A DNA stretch of 64,000 nt, taken from assembly GCA_964016885.1 (NCBI GenBank), contig OZ024741.1:352532001-352596000 (forward strand). Reading direction: 5' to 3'. The notes beneath the pieces were generated by a model. It saw nothing but the letters and a program-made list of their open reading frames with translations, was not told the DNA's origin and did no database searches. The first letter of the stretch is position 1, and each line of letters opens with the position of its first letter. Below are positions 1 to 12,393 of the stretch, piece by piece. The stretch is from Eledone cirrhosa (lineage: Eukaryota). The position numbers and the translations under genes are program-made.

Positions 1-419
1 ATATGTCGTGGATTAGATTAAATGATTGTAAATCACTGGTATTTCAAGTATTCTTTTTTGTCTTGGCTGGGGCTTTTATGACCCTTGTTATTGTTTTTAT
101 TTTCAAGGGTCTATCCCTATTTTTATTGTATTTAAATCTCATTTGAAAGTATTCTTGAATACGGGGCAGGCACGCACAAGCATATTGTTTACGCACATAT
201 ATCCCAGACCATTCACATATATTCACGTCCACAGACACACCTATATATGCACAAACATCTATAATTCAAAACAATCAAGCCACACACGAACGCTAGAATC
301 TGACAAAATTGTTTTCAAATTTATATTTAGAACTTATGAAATACAACTTCAAATAAGACAAAAAAGAAAAAGAAAAATATATATATGTGGTGTGCGGCAA
401 ATGTTTGACCTGTCCTAAA

Positions 420-1330
420 ATGGTTTTATTCACGCCAGAAGTTAGCGTTCGCTGCAAACGGTATCCCCCCTCCCCTCCTTGGATTGGATTGGGTGGGTTG
501 TCATGATCTGACATCAGACATGTTGAAGCGACTTCGTCTTGTTCATTTGGCATGGTTTCTCCGGCTGAATGCCCCTCCTAACGTCATTCACCTTACAAAA
601 TGTACTAGGGCCGTTTTTCGTTGCACCAGCACGTATTGTGTGTAGTTTACCTTTACTTTCCTAGTGCTTGTACTGGTGGAGGGGCTTTTGTATTATGGCA
701 TATCACGAGTTAGCTCAGTCCTTTGTCATTTACTTGTTGAGGTTCAGTTTCTTAATGTCATTCCTCACATCTTTATCCTATGTTTTCCTTCGTCTCCCTC
801 TTTCACAGCACTTTTTTTTATGCAGTTCTTATTCTCCTTATGAATCACATGTCCATACCAATGCAATCATCTCATTTGCACACTGCATTCAATTCCTTTT
901 ATACTTAGATTTTCTCTCAGTTCACTTGTCCTCTGGCATTCATGCACACTAATATTCCACATCCAGTGAAGCATGCATGCCTCATTTCTTTTTAGTCACC
1001 ACAAATCTTCTGCACCCTTATAGTTTCAACACATGCATCATATAATCTGCCCTACACTCTGATTGAGAAGCATTTTATTATCAGCAGAGGTAACAAGCTC
1101 CCTGAATTTTTTCCACCCCATTCTCACTTAAGCTACATTTTCAGTACATCCATCTCCACTGCTAATGAGGTGACCTAGATAGCAAAAGTTTTCTTCTACT
1201 TCCATTGAACCATCTGTCCATAGGCTACGGTGCATACATTGAGTGAAATTCTTACCTACTATATATTGAGCATGGGCATTTCCTAATAGTAGCAGTCTTT
1301 TCGTATATGTAAGTTGCGGACTTAGAATTG
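420..1330 (-). mobile_element. Old, degenerate RTE LINE 3' fragment
   Basis: ORF 1128..1340 contains EVEENFCYLGHLISSGDGC, matching [17 protein letters not shown] of the intact RTE copies. A decayed RTE 3'UTR motif lies near 560-630. Boundaries approximate. Confidence 0.7.
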
Positions 1331-1339
1331 GTGTGGCCA

Positions 1340-2540
1340 ACAGTGTTCAGGAAAAAAGGCATACAATCTTTGTCTTTTAAGATTTATTAAAAAGTCAAAA
1401 TACTCAAAATTACTGGACCGTTATACTACATAAATATTCAGTATAACCTCTTCAAGGTGACTTCGGAATTGGGACCAGGTGTATTTTATAAGGCCTGACA
1501 GATGCGTTGCTTCAGCTCGTCCTTTGTGTTGATGGCTGTCTTGTTGGTGACTCCCTCAACTGTGCACCAGAAAAAAATACTTCAAGGGATTGCAATTTGA
1601 AGAGTTAGGAGGCCACATGTCCAGGCTGTCATGGTTATAAAAGTTGTGTAAGAGTCTTCCTGAGTGTGTGGGTGCAGAACCTTACTGGAACACATAAGGT
1701 TTTCCTTCTGCCACCTCTTCAATCCGGTGCTTCACCACAGTCTACAGAATCCCCTGGTACAAATCCTGGTTCAGCTTCAGGCCCACATTAAAGATGTGAG
1801 GCGGCATGACATGTCCCTCACTGCTGATCACACCCACAAAAAAAAAAAAAAATGATGTGGACAGGAAACTTCATTTTCATGACCCTGAGAACATCATGAG
1901 GGCTAACTGCTAACCACCAATTATTCTGCTTATTGTGTGCCTTGTTTTGGCAAAAGTTTTTTCACCTGAGAAAAACTACGTTTCATTCCAGGAGATGCTT
2001 CAACTAGTTCAACAGCTTCTTGGCCCTCGTCATGCAGTTCTCCTTGAACTTCTGAGAAGCTGTCTTGTCTGCATCTTGTAATACTTGTAACATAGATCTT
2101 TATTCACACACATCCTAACATTCTTCTCATCACAGCCTAGTTGCCTGACAATCTTATGAGTCCTAATAGATGTGTATTCCTCAATGAACTGTTCAACTTT
2201 TAAAATGAAATCAGCATCTCTCACCCTTTGTTTACTCTGATTATGAGTTTTCCTAGCAGCCACAGTGTTATCGTCAAAGTTATTGTCCTCTAAACTCCTT
2301 ACTCTCTGGACTGTGCACAGTGAGAGCTTTAATTTTTCAACAATGGCCTTGTTATTCATGCCAGCGCAAACTGTGTACACCACCATCTTACTTTTTCACT
2401 CCTCAGGCTTCTTTTCTTTTAATCTGCTAGGCTTCGCCATATTTTTAAAACCAGGTACAAAATGAAAAGAAAACAATGTAGCTTTCAAAATTTTCTTTAT
2501 TTTAAAAAAGAGGCACCAAATTAAAATCTGCACCCTATAT
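1340..2540 (-). mobile_element. Tc1/mariner-superfamily transposon relic
   Basis: ORF 2030..2386 resembles the HTH N-terminus of Tc1/mariner transposases. The minus strand near 1565-1620 reads WPPNSSNCNPLKYFF, close to the WPxxSPDLNPxE/D motif. Frameshifted; TIRs not clearly recognisable. Confidence 0.75.
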
Positions 2541-2676
2541 AGTTGGTGAGTAATGTTAATTACTATAGGTGGCTCTGGTTCAGTACTGTTTTTGCATGAA
2601 TTGGATATGCAGTATTAAAAATGTGGATTAACACTGGCATCTGTTTGTTATTGGATTAATATGCAGAGTGTTTATA

Positions 2677-2903
2677 TTAACACTTTAGCATTTACATTAC
2701 TCTATATTTACTATTGTATTTTCACAGTAAAAGCTTTATCATACATAATTATCTCACATAACATCGAATCTATGAGATTTTAATGTTATTTATTTTGAGA
2801 ACAATACCTTAATGTAGGTATGAGTGGCCAGTTTCAGCTGGTTTGAACAGAAAGAGGTGAGAGTTCTGGACAGATATGGCTAGTTTAAATGTTAACGGGT
2901 TAA
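2677..2903 (+). mobile_element. TTAA-flanked MITE (piggyBac-type), family M1
   Basis: TTAA-cactttagcattta ... taaatgttaacggg-TTAA; homologous to five other copies in the window. Confidence 0.75.
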
Positions 2904-3949
2904 GAAGTTGATTGTATTCGATTAAAGATGGTGATTTGTGAAATGCGTTGTATGTTGAACTGAAACTTTGATCGCTCTTTCTTAATACATGTCTTTCATT
3001 ATAAATATGGTAACAAAAATGTTAAAACCAATGTAGATTGTAGGACTCTTTAGACAAATTACAGACCACTGCCCTCTCTTGATACAGAGTGAAAAGAACT
3101 AATTTGCCCAATTGGACAACCTCTATCCTTTTTATATACTAGTTGCACGATAGAAAATATCCCCTATCAACACATCCAGTTATGTGCAAAGTAAATGTAC
3201 AAAGTCACCACAAAGGGACTCTCTTAAATTTTGTTAGAGATAAAACTTCTCTGGTGCTAGTAAATGAACAGATGAGGCCAATATGGGATATAGAGGACTC
3301 TTTAGTCTTGTTGGGGACAAGACAACATATTTAATGCTGCTGCAATGATAGAATTTTTCAAGGGTTATTTGGATAGGAAAGTGCAGCATATATATATATG
3401 TGTCTGTGTTTTTACGTGTATTATTGTATGTGTGTGAGTGCACGTGCGCGCGTTACTGTGTTTGAAGTGAGGCAGAGGTTTCATGCTCTAGCAGATGGAG
3501 AACATAAAATTGAAAAGAAATAACAGTTAAACTGACAGATATTTTGACAGACAGAGGGAGACAGGTGACAGAAAGGAAAAAAAAAGAGAAATGAAAATAA
3601 TTTCAAAACAAACAGGTAGACAGATAGATATAAATGAAATGGAAGATGTCTCTTTGACAAGCTGGTTAAAATTTGAGGAATTTCAACAATGTGTTAGTAA
3701 ATAGTGGTTGGAAAAACTTGCTTTTTTTATTTAACTTGACCTTTGAAGCATTCATAGAGCAAGCTCAAACAATGGAGCCAAGTAAGCAGCGCACAAGCTC
3801 CAATTTGTGACCTAGTTTCCATTTCTTTTGAAATCATTTTGAAAAATTTATATATTGTATGTAGTGTCTTCAGAAAAAGGCTCAAATCCTTGAATTATTG
3901 CTATATCATAGGTTAGTTATGTTTTACTATTTGTATTGTTATATGTGTA

Positions 3950-4245
3950 GGAGCTCTGTCAGTTCCAATGACGAATATTCAAGTTGATTTGATGAACAGA
4001 ACGTGGACCTGCTTGTGAAATTAACGTGCTAGTGGCTAAGCATTCCATAGAACTTTGTGCCCCTAACATAGTTCTCAAGGAGATACATTATGACACAGGA
4101 TGAATTACAGTTACCAACTCATTTTATGTTGTCAGCTGAGTGGACTGGAATGACATGAAATAAAGTGTCTTGCTCATGGTCACAACATACTACAGGGAGA
4201 TGAATTGTCGGCCTTACATTCATGAGCCATTCATGGTAGCTTTTG
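3950..4245 (-). mobile_element. tRNA-derived SINE, CORE-like group (degenerate)
   Basis: Reverse complement of GAGCAAGACACTTTATTTCA..TCCAGTCCACTCAGCTG shared with copies at 22.8, 54.7, 58.0 and 60.7 kb. Confidence 0.6.
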
Positions 4246-4489
4246 ACTCCTTCATCCACCCCTCACACACCACCATACACATGCCCTTCCCGACCCCTAC
4301 ACCCCTCTCATCTTTTTACAACTTCTATTTTAACTTTTATTTTCCACTTCATGTTTTATCTTTATCCCCCCCCCCCCGCTAACTCCCTCCTCACTCCTTT
4401 TCGGAATCTCCCCCCCCCCACTCTCACTAACCGTGAAACTAATACTATCTGTAACTTGTACTCCTGCATTGTTGTTTTTGTATTCCGAA

Positions 4490-4522
<33 letters not shown>

Positions 4523-4762
4523 GACCTGTAATTCCTGATTGAGTGATAGGGGTGGGGTGGTGTAGTGACAGATGGCATGTCTTGGCCTTTATAAACTTAG
4601 AGTGCCTGTCTTACTCCAAGTCTGAATATGGCTGATTTCTTCCAGAGAAGGAGAGAGATAGAGAGAATGGGGGTGAAGAATCAATCCCAGTACTGAAGTT
4701 TTTTTTTTTTATCAACCTTTAAAGGATGAAAAGCAAAATTGACCTTGGTGGGATTTGAAGTC

Positions 4763-4964
4763 AAGAGCACATACAGTTGGAATGAATGCTACAAAGCATT
4801 CTAAGAGCACATACAGTTGGAATGAATGCTACAAAGCATTCTAAGAGCACATACAGTTGGAATGAATGCTACAAAGCATTCTAAGAGCACATACAGTTGG
4901 AATGAATGCTACAAAGCATTCTAAGAGCACATACAGTTGGAATGAATGCTACAAAGCATTCTAA
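4763..4964. repeat. 40-bp tandem repeat x5 inside a SINE
   Basis: aagagcacatacagttggaatgaatgctacaaagcattct repeated five times, identical. Confidence 0.95.
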
Positions 4965-6744
4965 CCTATGCTTCTGAATATGTACATTTCTTACTGACCT
5001 GATATGTAGGGGGATGATAGGGCTTGGCATTTAGTTGGGAGAAACCACCTGCAACAAGATCAAAGAGTTTGTAACTTACCTGTTTCTGACCAGGTGTGTA
5101 ACAATCACTACACGCACGCACACGCACACTGTTGTAAGTTATGATAATGTTGATAATAATTGAAGTGTTTGCCTTGGTAGTGGTTGTATTGTGGCTGTTG
5201 CAGAAAAAGAGGCTGATATGATATTGACAATAGCCATGTCCTTTTACATCCTCATCACCCTCTCCTCCCTCTCTCGCTAATGGATGTTGCAGGTTAGGGT
5301 GGTAGTTAGTTTGTAGCTGTGAAAGATAGTGTTGGTGGTTGGTGGTGTTGTTGGTCAGTAATAGTAGTTATTGTTGTTCCACTCCTTGATTGAAACTCCA
5401 AACAGGGGCATTCCAGCAGTGACAATACCTCCTTTTTTTAAAGGTATTTGACCTTCCTTGGCGAAGGTGTGGTTTGGAGGAAATTTGGCTGCTATTTGTA
5501 GCAGGTCAAAATATTATTTGAAGTAGGTTTTTACCCTGTCCTATTTAGGAGAAACTGTTATTTGTCATTAGCCATGAATGAAACTTACATCAATCTCTCA
5601 ACTGGTTTGTGACTATTTCTAATGAAATACACTCAATTTCTATTAATTAATGAAGAATTTTGAAGGATTTACTAAAATTATTTCATTACTAAGATAGTAA
5701 CTTAACTTATGGTTCTTATATAAATTCTATTAGTAGATTTTAATTTAAACTAGGTAGTTTTGTTTCATAGGATCTGGGCCAGTTTTGGCCAAGTTGGTAA
5801 CAAATGGGTTAAAATTGTTTGGATCTTATACATTTGCAATACAGTTGTTGTTAATTAATAAATGATTTCTAGCATTGACAAAAAACCGCACCTTTTTCGG
5901 AAGGTAGGATACGGTCACATCATTAAATCAATCTAAATATTTCATCATCATCACTTTCATCATAACCAACACCATCTTCACCACCACTGTCATCACTACC
6001 ACCACCAACACCATCACCATCATTTATACCCTCAATACTACCATCAACATACCACCATTAATACTACCATCATCATCACCACCACTACCACCACCTGATT
6101 CATCTTCATCCTTTGTCCTTTTCTTCCTCATTTTAACCTCTTTGGAGATGAAACTGCATCTTGTTCTGTGATAAAAGAAATCCCTTACTTTAAAGCGATG
6201 TTATTTGTATTAAACTTATCATAATTTTTGTTCGCATCATCAGTTTAATATACTAATAAATTCTTGATTATTCAAAAAATTAACTGCAAAATATAGACTA
6301 CATATTTCTTTAGATATCTAATCACATAGGGTTAAATTGTTCAGAATATAAAGACTATACAATAGTTACTCATCCTTTTTATTCCAATCATTTTTTTAAA
6401 TAACAAGGATCTGAAGAGGTGTTGTTTATCTCCAGTTTTGCCTTTTCAATTTCACATTTGAGTTAACATTAACTTTTTTTTTATACCAAACTGTCTGAAA
6501 CTGCCTCTAGTTCTATGACATAAAACTATTCATTTTAAAGTGTTTATATTCATCTAAAAACCTATAATCATTTTATGTCAGAACCTTTATGTCTCAAACA
6601 TCAATTTAATAATTAGAAAGTTATTTGATTAAATTTCTCCAAATCCTTGATTATTTAAAAAAATCATTTGAAACATATAGACAGTGTCTTTTATTAGAAG
6701 AAATATGGTAAGGAAAAGTTATATCTAAAAAAATAGTCTGTTTC

Positions 6745-7005
6745 AAGCCAGGAGGCTTGTTAGGCCAGTGCTTATCCTAGTTTCATGGCATGAAGTGACA
6801 GAGTACAAAACTCCCCACTGGGCAGGATGCCAGTCCATTGGAGGGTTAAACCCCCAGCTATTGCTGGTACTCATTTTCAGCTGAGTATACTCGAGCAACG
6901 TGAAATGAAATGTTTTGTTTAAGAACACAATATACAACCCAGCCCAGGAATTGAACCTATGACATTATGATCATAAATCCAACACCATTACCACTTAGCC
7001 ATGTG
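6745..7005 (-). mobile_element. tRNA-derived SINE, CORE-like group
   Basis: Minus strand starts ggctaagtggtaatgg (A box) ... ggttcaattcc (B box), then the actcagctgaaaatgagtacc body. Confidence 0.65.
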
Positions 7006-7555
7006 TCTCTATTTATATAGATGAAATAAATCTTTTCTTGGATATATCATAGAGACCTTTTTCCCAAGTGACACATTGGATAATGTAGTTCCAGATACAC
7101 TATTTGAAAATTAAAAAAATGGATGGTTTTATTTGGAATACCTTTGTTTATAAGGCTTCTTGATTATGGCTAACTTGGTACAAAAAGCTACATGGACATA
7201 GCTACTCTCAGGTCCCAGGGGTGGTGGTGGAATAAATTGGTGAGGGAATCGGTAATTTTTCCAGGTTTAGTAATTTAGTTTACATATTGAGACCCCAACC
7301 CATCCTATTTTATAACATATGGGATTTCTAGTAATGTACTTTTTTTGTCATGTATAATTTTTAATGTATAAAGAAAATTAATTGTTCCAGGAATGCTACC
7401 ACTTAAAATAAAATTCTGCTGCAGATAGATTAGCAAAATTTAATGTGGGTGAGGTGGAATAAGAGCGAAGGGGCAGATATGTGGAAAAAATCTGAAAAAT
7501 TAATAATGGTGGGGGGATTATGAAAGATCTGAGAGTATTTAGATCTAAGTGCTTT

Positions 7556-7796
7556 TAGCCCTTTCATTACCATATTTCTAATGAAAGCTAATTTTGAAAA
7601 TAATCAAACAATTTGAAAGGATCTAGTAATATAACTAGCTTCCTTGTTATTAAACAGGTGTCTGGAACATAACAAATGTTCTTACATAAAATTCTGATGG
7701 AATGATCCTAGATAAACCACAAAAGTTTTTGTAATAAATAAATTTGTATCACAGAGTCAAAGCTGGTTTCAGGTGGTTTTGTATCAAAAGGGCTAA
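7556..7796 (+). mobile_element. Second TTAA-type MITE family (M2), degenerate
   Basis: ccctttcattaccatatttc ... gtatcaaaagggctaa; related copies at 59471..59686 and near 5600-5812 and 6469-6720. Confidence 0.5.
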
Positions 7797-7868
7797 CAGG
7801 GATAGTAGTGGTAACATGTGGAAGATCATGCCTGTCATTCAGCTTCGTTGGGTGAGTTGTTTTCTGCT

Positions 7869-8072
7869 TTAACCCTATAGCATTTACATTACTCTATATT
7901 TACTATTATATTTTCACAGTAAAAGCTTTACCTCACATAATATTGAATCTGAGATTTTGATATTTATTTTGAGAACAGTAACTTAACAGAGTGGCTAGTT
8001 ACAGCCGGTTTGAACAGAAAGAGGTCAGAGAATTTTGACTGGATACAGCTAGTTTAAATGCTAAAAGGTTAA
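7869..8072 (+). mobile_element. TTAA-flanked MITE, family M1
   Basis: TTAA-ccctatagcattta ... taaatgctaaaagg-TTAA terminal inverted repeats. Confidence 0.8.
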
Positions 8073-8336
8073 TCTTGGTTCTGTGTGGAATGGTTACCAT
8101 TGCTGATGCTCTTTGTAGGTCGTATCTCCTTTTAGGAGGTGGGACTCAGGATTTGAACTCAGAATGCACAGAGCTGGGTCAAATACCATGAAACATCCCG
8201 TTCAACTCTTTAGCAATTCCACCACTCTACCACCCCTGGATTGGTTCTTTATTCATCAATCCCAATAAAAATGATAAACTGGTCTTGACAAGATTTTAAT
8301 TCAGAACATAATCAACTGAAACAAGTATCATAGGAT

Positions 8337-8552
8337 TTAACCCTTTAGCATTTACATTACTCTATATTTACTATTATATTTTCATGGTAAAGGCTTTACC
8401 TCACATAATATCAAATCTATGAGATTTTGATATTATTTATTTTGAGAACAATACCTTAACATCAGTATGAGTGGCTAGTTACAGCTGGTTTGAACAGAAA
8501 AAGGTGAGAGAATTCTAACTGGATACAGCTGGTTTAAATGCTAAAAGGTTAA
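8337..8552 (+). mobile_element. TTAA-flanked MITE, family M1, inserted in a SINE
   Basis: TTAA-ccctttagcattta ... taaatgctaaaagg-TTAA; SINE sequence continues on both flanks. Confidence 0.8.
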
Positions 8553-8619
8553 TCTAATGCACTAACAATATTGCCAATTTACCTTTCATGGTAATATGTA
8601 ATTTAGGCACATGGGAAGA

Positions 8620-8790
8620 GGAAGTTGATCACATCGACCCCAGTATGTGGCCGGTATTTTATTTTATTGACTAAAGAAGGATGACAGGCCAAGTTGACCG
8701 TGGCAAGATTTGAACGCATAACATAAAGGACCATAGCTAAATGTTGCAAAACATTTTGTCCGATGCTGTAATGATTCTGTCAATCCACCC
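8620..8790 (-). mobile_element. tRNA-derived SINE, group 2
   Basis: Reverse complement of gttcaaatcttgcc..ggtcaactt..catcctt..aataaaataaaaatacc; homologous to 52555..52731. Confidence 0.6.
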
Positions 8791-9866
8791 CTATTCACCA
8801 GTCACAAACATTATTCTGTTAGTTTGGTGAGTAACCAAACATTAATTATTCCATTCATAAACCAACGGGTTATGTACTAGTAATAATATTTCAGTTTTAA
8901 TTAGTTCTTATTGAACATGAAAAAAATCAAAAGTTTCTTATTTTTGTGGTCTTGCAGTATTTTTTTTATTACTGACATGAATTTACATTTGAAAAATACA
9001 AAAAAAACAAAAACTTACAAAATTTTACATTTTATACAAGTATGTTAAAATCTGTCATTTTTACACACATACACACACTTTTAGAGCACGGATATTACTA
9101 TGCTATATTTAGTTTCTACTGTATACATGTATGTGTATGTATATGTCTGTGTGTGTCATTGCTGCTCTTCTACTTTTAGTAAATCCTTCACCATATAACA
9201 TACAGTAAGAATAAATCTTTAAAAAAAGTCTGTTGTACATGGAATCTGTTACTCCATCTGCCATCAAATAAAAACAAAACTTCCACATTTAGCTGTTTCG
9301 CTCTGAGTGAATTTCTTTTCTTTTTGTCTGTCTGTGTGTGTGTGTGTGTGTGAGTGTGTGTGTGTGTGTGTGCGTGTTTTTTCTCTATTTCAAGGCACTT
9401 GAGGAATTTGTCCTACTCAACAGTTGTTTTCTTATTTTTGGAAAAAATACTGGCGCCTATATACAGATCCTTATATCTCTCTCTCACACACATGCACACG
9501 CACACACACAGAGGCACACTTATACATGTATACAGATGCACTTATGCACACATACATGTGCGTTCATACATGTACACACACACTCATACAAACACATGTT
9601 CACACAGATTAAAAGGACATTCACTCAACACATTTCATTCTTTTATTTTAGGAAGTAAATTCTTTTTACTACAGACCATAAAACAAAACCACATATGCAC
9701 ACTTCACACACACACTCAACTACATACCACATACACACACTCAACTACATACCATATACACACAAATCCTAGATACCACACACATACACACACAAATTTA
9801 CTTCACTCTAATTCATGTAATTCATTTGATTTTGGTGTGTGTATGTATGTGTGTATATATATATAT

Positions 9867-10090
9867 ATATGTGTGTGTGTTTATGAATATATGTGTGTGT
9901 GTGTTTATGAATATATATGTGTGTGTGTGTGTTTATGAATATATATGTGTGTGTGTGTGTTTATGAATATATATGTGTGTGTGTGCGTTTATGAATATTT
10001 ATGTGTGTGTGTGCGTTTATGAATATATGTGTGTGCGTGTGCGTTTATGAATATATATGTGTGTGTGTGTGTGTTTATGAATATATATCT
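9867..10090. repeat. Minisatellite (gt)n-ttatgaatatat
   Basis: About nine ~24-28 bp units sharing gtttatgaatat. Confidence 0.85.
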
Positions 10091-10169
10091 ATATATACAT
10101 GTCTGTCAGTATATTGCAACTAACCATCATATCTTACTGGCCGTATCGCTATCTGCCACCTGCGATCTG

Positions 10170-10340
10170 TTCTCTAGCAAAACTAACTGGCAGGAAACCC
10201 AGGGGTAGACCCCGAGCAAGATGGTTGGATAACATCTATGAGCTTGGCTGGTCTTGCTTGGGGATCCAGCTGGATCAGTTGGAGAGGGTTGCTTCTGACA
10301 GGGCCTGCTGGAAGGAGTGTTTGATGACCCCCCCCCCCCC
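10170..10340 (+). mobile_element. 3' fragment of a different RTE-clade LINE
   Basis: Translation GRKPRGRPRARWLDNIYELGWSCLGI..ASDRACW; homologous to 61737..62210. Confidence 0.7.
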
Positions 10341-12393
10341 CGGAATAAGTGGGTGAAGAAGTGTCAGTATATTTACATATCATCATTGTTTAACATTGTG
10401 TGTGTGTGTGTGCATATATGCATGTTAATATGTGTGTCTGCAGTCTTTTATCCTTTTACTTACTGTAGCCATGCTGGTCTTTAATCGATCACATTGACAC
10501 AAGCACTATTTTATTTCAAGTTTGGTACATATACTATCAATCTTTAGTTTGTCAAACTACTAAGGTGCAGGACATAAACAAAGAGTAAATGGAAAACACA
10601 AGCACTGTTGGATAACAAAAGTAAATGTAGGCCTGAAAGATTCACTGCCCTTGTTTTCCATGAACTAAGCTAATATAATGTATATATATATAGCTGCTTT
10701 TGGTATAGTCAACTTTAGGACATTGGAGGTGGTTATATCTTTTTCTGGAAATGCCAATCAAAAGATGAGCACAGAGAAGCTGGTGTTGGCTTTACAGTGT
10801 GATTTGGAATATTTAAGAAGTTGGAAGAGTTTCTCCATTGTAAATCATTGATTGATGACTCTACATTTGAAAGATAAGCAATCCTCTATTCTGATAAATG
10901 TCTATGTTCCTCTTTGATCAGTCCTGATGAATACAAAACTGCATTCTATCCTTACCTGATAGTTGTATTCTCAAGTCAAACAAGATAATTTTACTGGTGA
11001 ATTTCGATGCCACAGTTGGAACAGATTGGCAAACATGGAACTCTCTTAGTCATTTTGGCGTGGGAAAGATAAATTGCAGTGGTCTTATACTCTGAGAATT
11101 TTGTGAAGAATATGATCTTCCTATTGCCAACACTCACTTTAGGCACAAATGTGATTAAACAACAACATGGATACATCTGAGGTTTAAGGCACTTGCTGGA
11201 TTATGTAATCATTCAGAGGTGTGGTATGTGTAATGTCAAGTCTTTTCATGGTTCAGAATGTTGGACCCCATACTGCTGAGCTCCTCCACAAGATCTGAAT
11301 GTCAGCAGCCCGTCTGAGGAAGGAGCCGTGCTAGGGGGGGGGGGGCTGCTGCAGCGGGTGTTGCTGGCTATTGTCAGTGGGGCACAGCCCCAATGCTGCC
11401 GCGCCCTAGGCTTGGGGCTTTTCACCCTCCCCTTCCCCCTCTCATTCTTCTGTGACCCTAGAGCCCTTGCCTTTCCCTTAATTTTCCGTTTTCATAGCCA
11501 CAAAAGACACTTCCTATTTTTCAATATTATTGTAATTGATTTAAATAAATCAGTATGTTTTACACACAACAAACAATACGATCAGGCTGTCTAAAGTCTA
11601 AAAATGTTTACATAATCTAGAAAGATGAAGGCATTGTATAATAATTCAAATAAACACAATTTGTAGATTGTAGATTAGAGTGAGCAAAGTTCCAGATAGT
11701 TATTTGGGTGAGAGGAAGAAGGGGCTAATATGATTCCTCAGTGCTTGAATGTCTACAAGATGTATGATCCTACTGTGAGGGCTTATTCTTAGCCAAGTAT
11801 TTCTCCAGCACTTGTCTCACTAGGAAGATGCCATCAGTAGTACTAGGGTTGATTTTTTTCCACTATATCTCTTTCTCACTTCCTCTCTTTCACTCTCTCT
11901 CTCTCTTTCCTTCTATGGAAGAAATTGGCTGTACTCTGACCTGGGGAAGGGATGGGTTCTGCTTAGTTTAAAAGTACCCAAGACACATAGCACCCTTAAG
12001 ACTTCATTAGGAGTTACAGGTCCATCTACATACAACAAAAGGGTTAAGATTAACTAATATCTCTATGTACAGCTCAACATTGGTTTCTGCCTTGACTTTT
12101 ACATTATCTAATGTATCCATTTTAAAAAGAAGTTAGTGTGATTCACACATTACAAGCTTCCTTATTGGATTTTGTTGTTCTTGTTCATCAACTCTAGGTC
12201 AGACCAGGTCAAGCAAACCTTTCATGAAAGATGTTCCAGCTGTAACAATCCTATCTCTCTTCTAAGCCATAGTGTTATTTATGACTACATTGTTCAATAT
12301 GTTTTTATATTTTGTTATACTAGGATTTTTTTGTGTATAGGTGGTGCATGTGTATATGCATACATTTATATGTATGTACATATAAATGTGTAT

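Noticed and set aside
5940-6040. (CAC/CAT)n-rich stretch as His/Thr-rich coding sequence
   Set aside because: Decayed trinucleotide microsatellite with no ORF or splice support.
11300-11480. GC-rich patch as a promoter or exon
   Set aside because: Short, no recognisable protein or splice pattern; more likely a transposon end fragment that I cannot classify.
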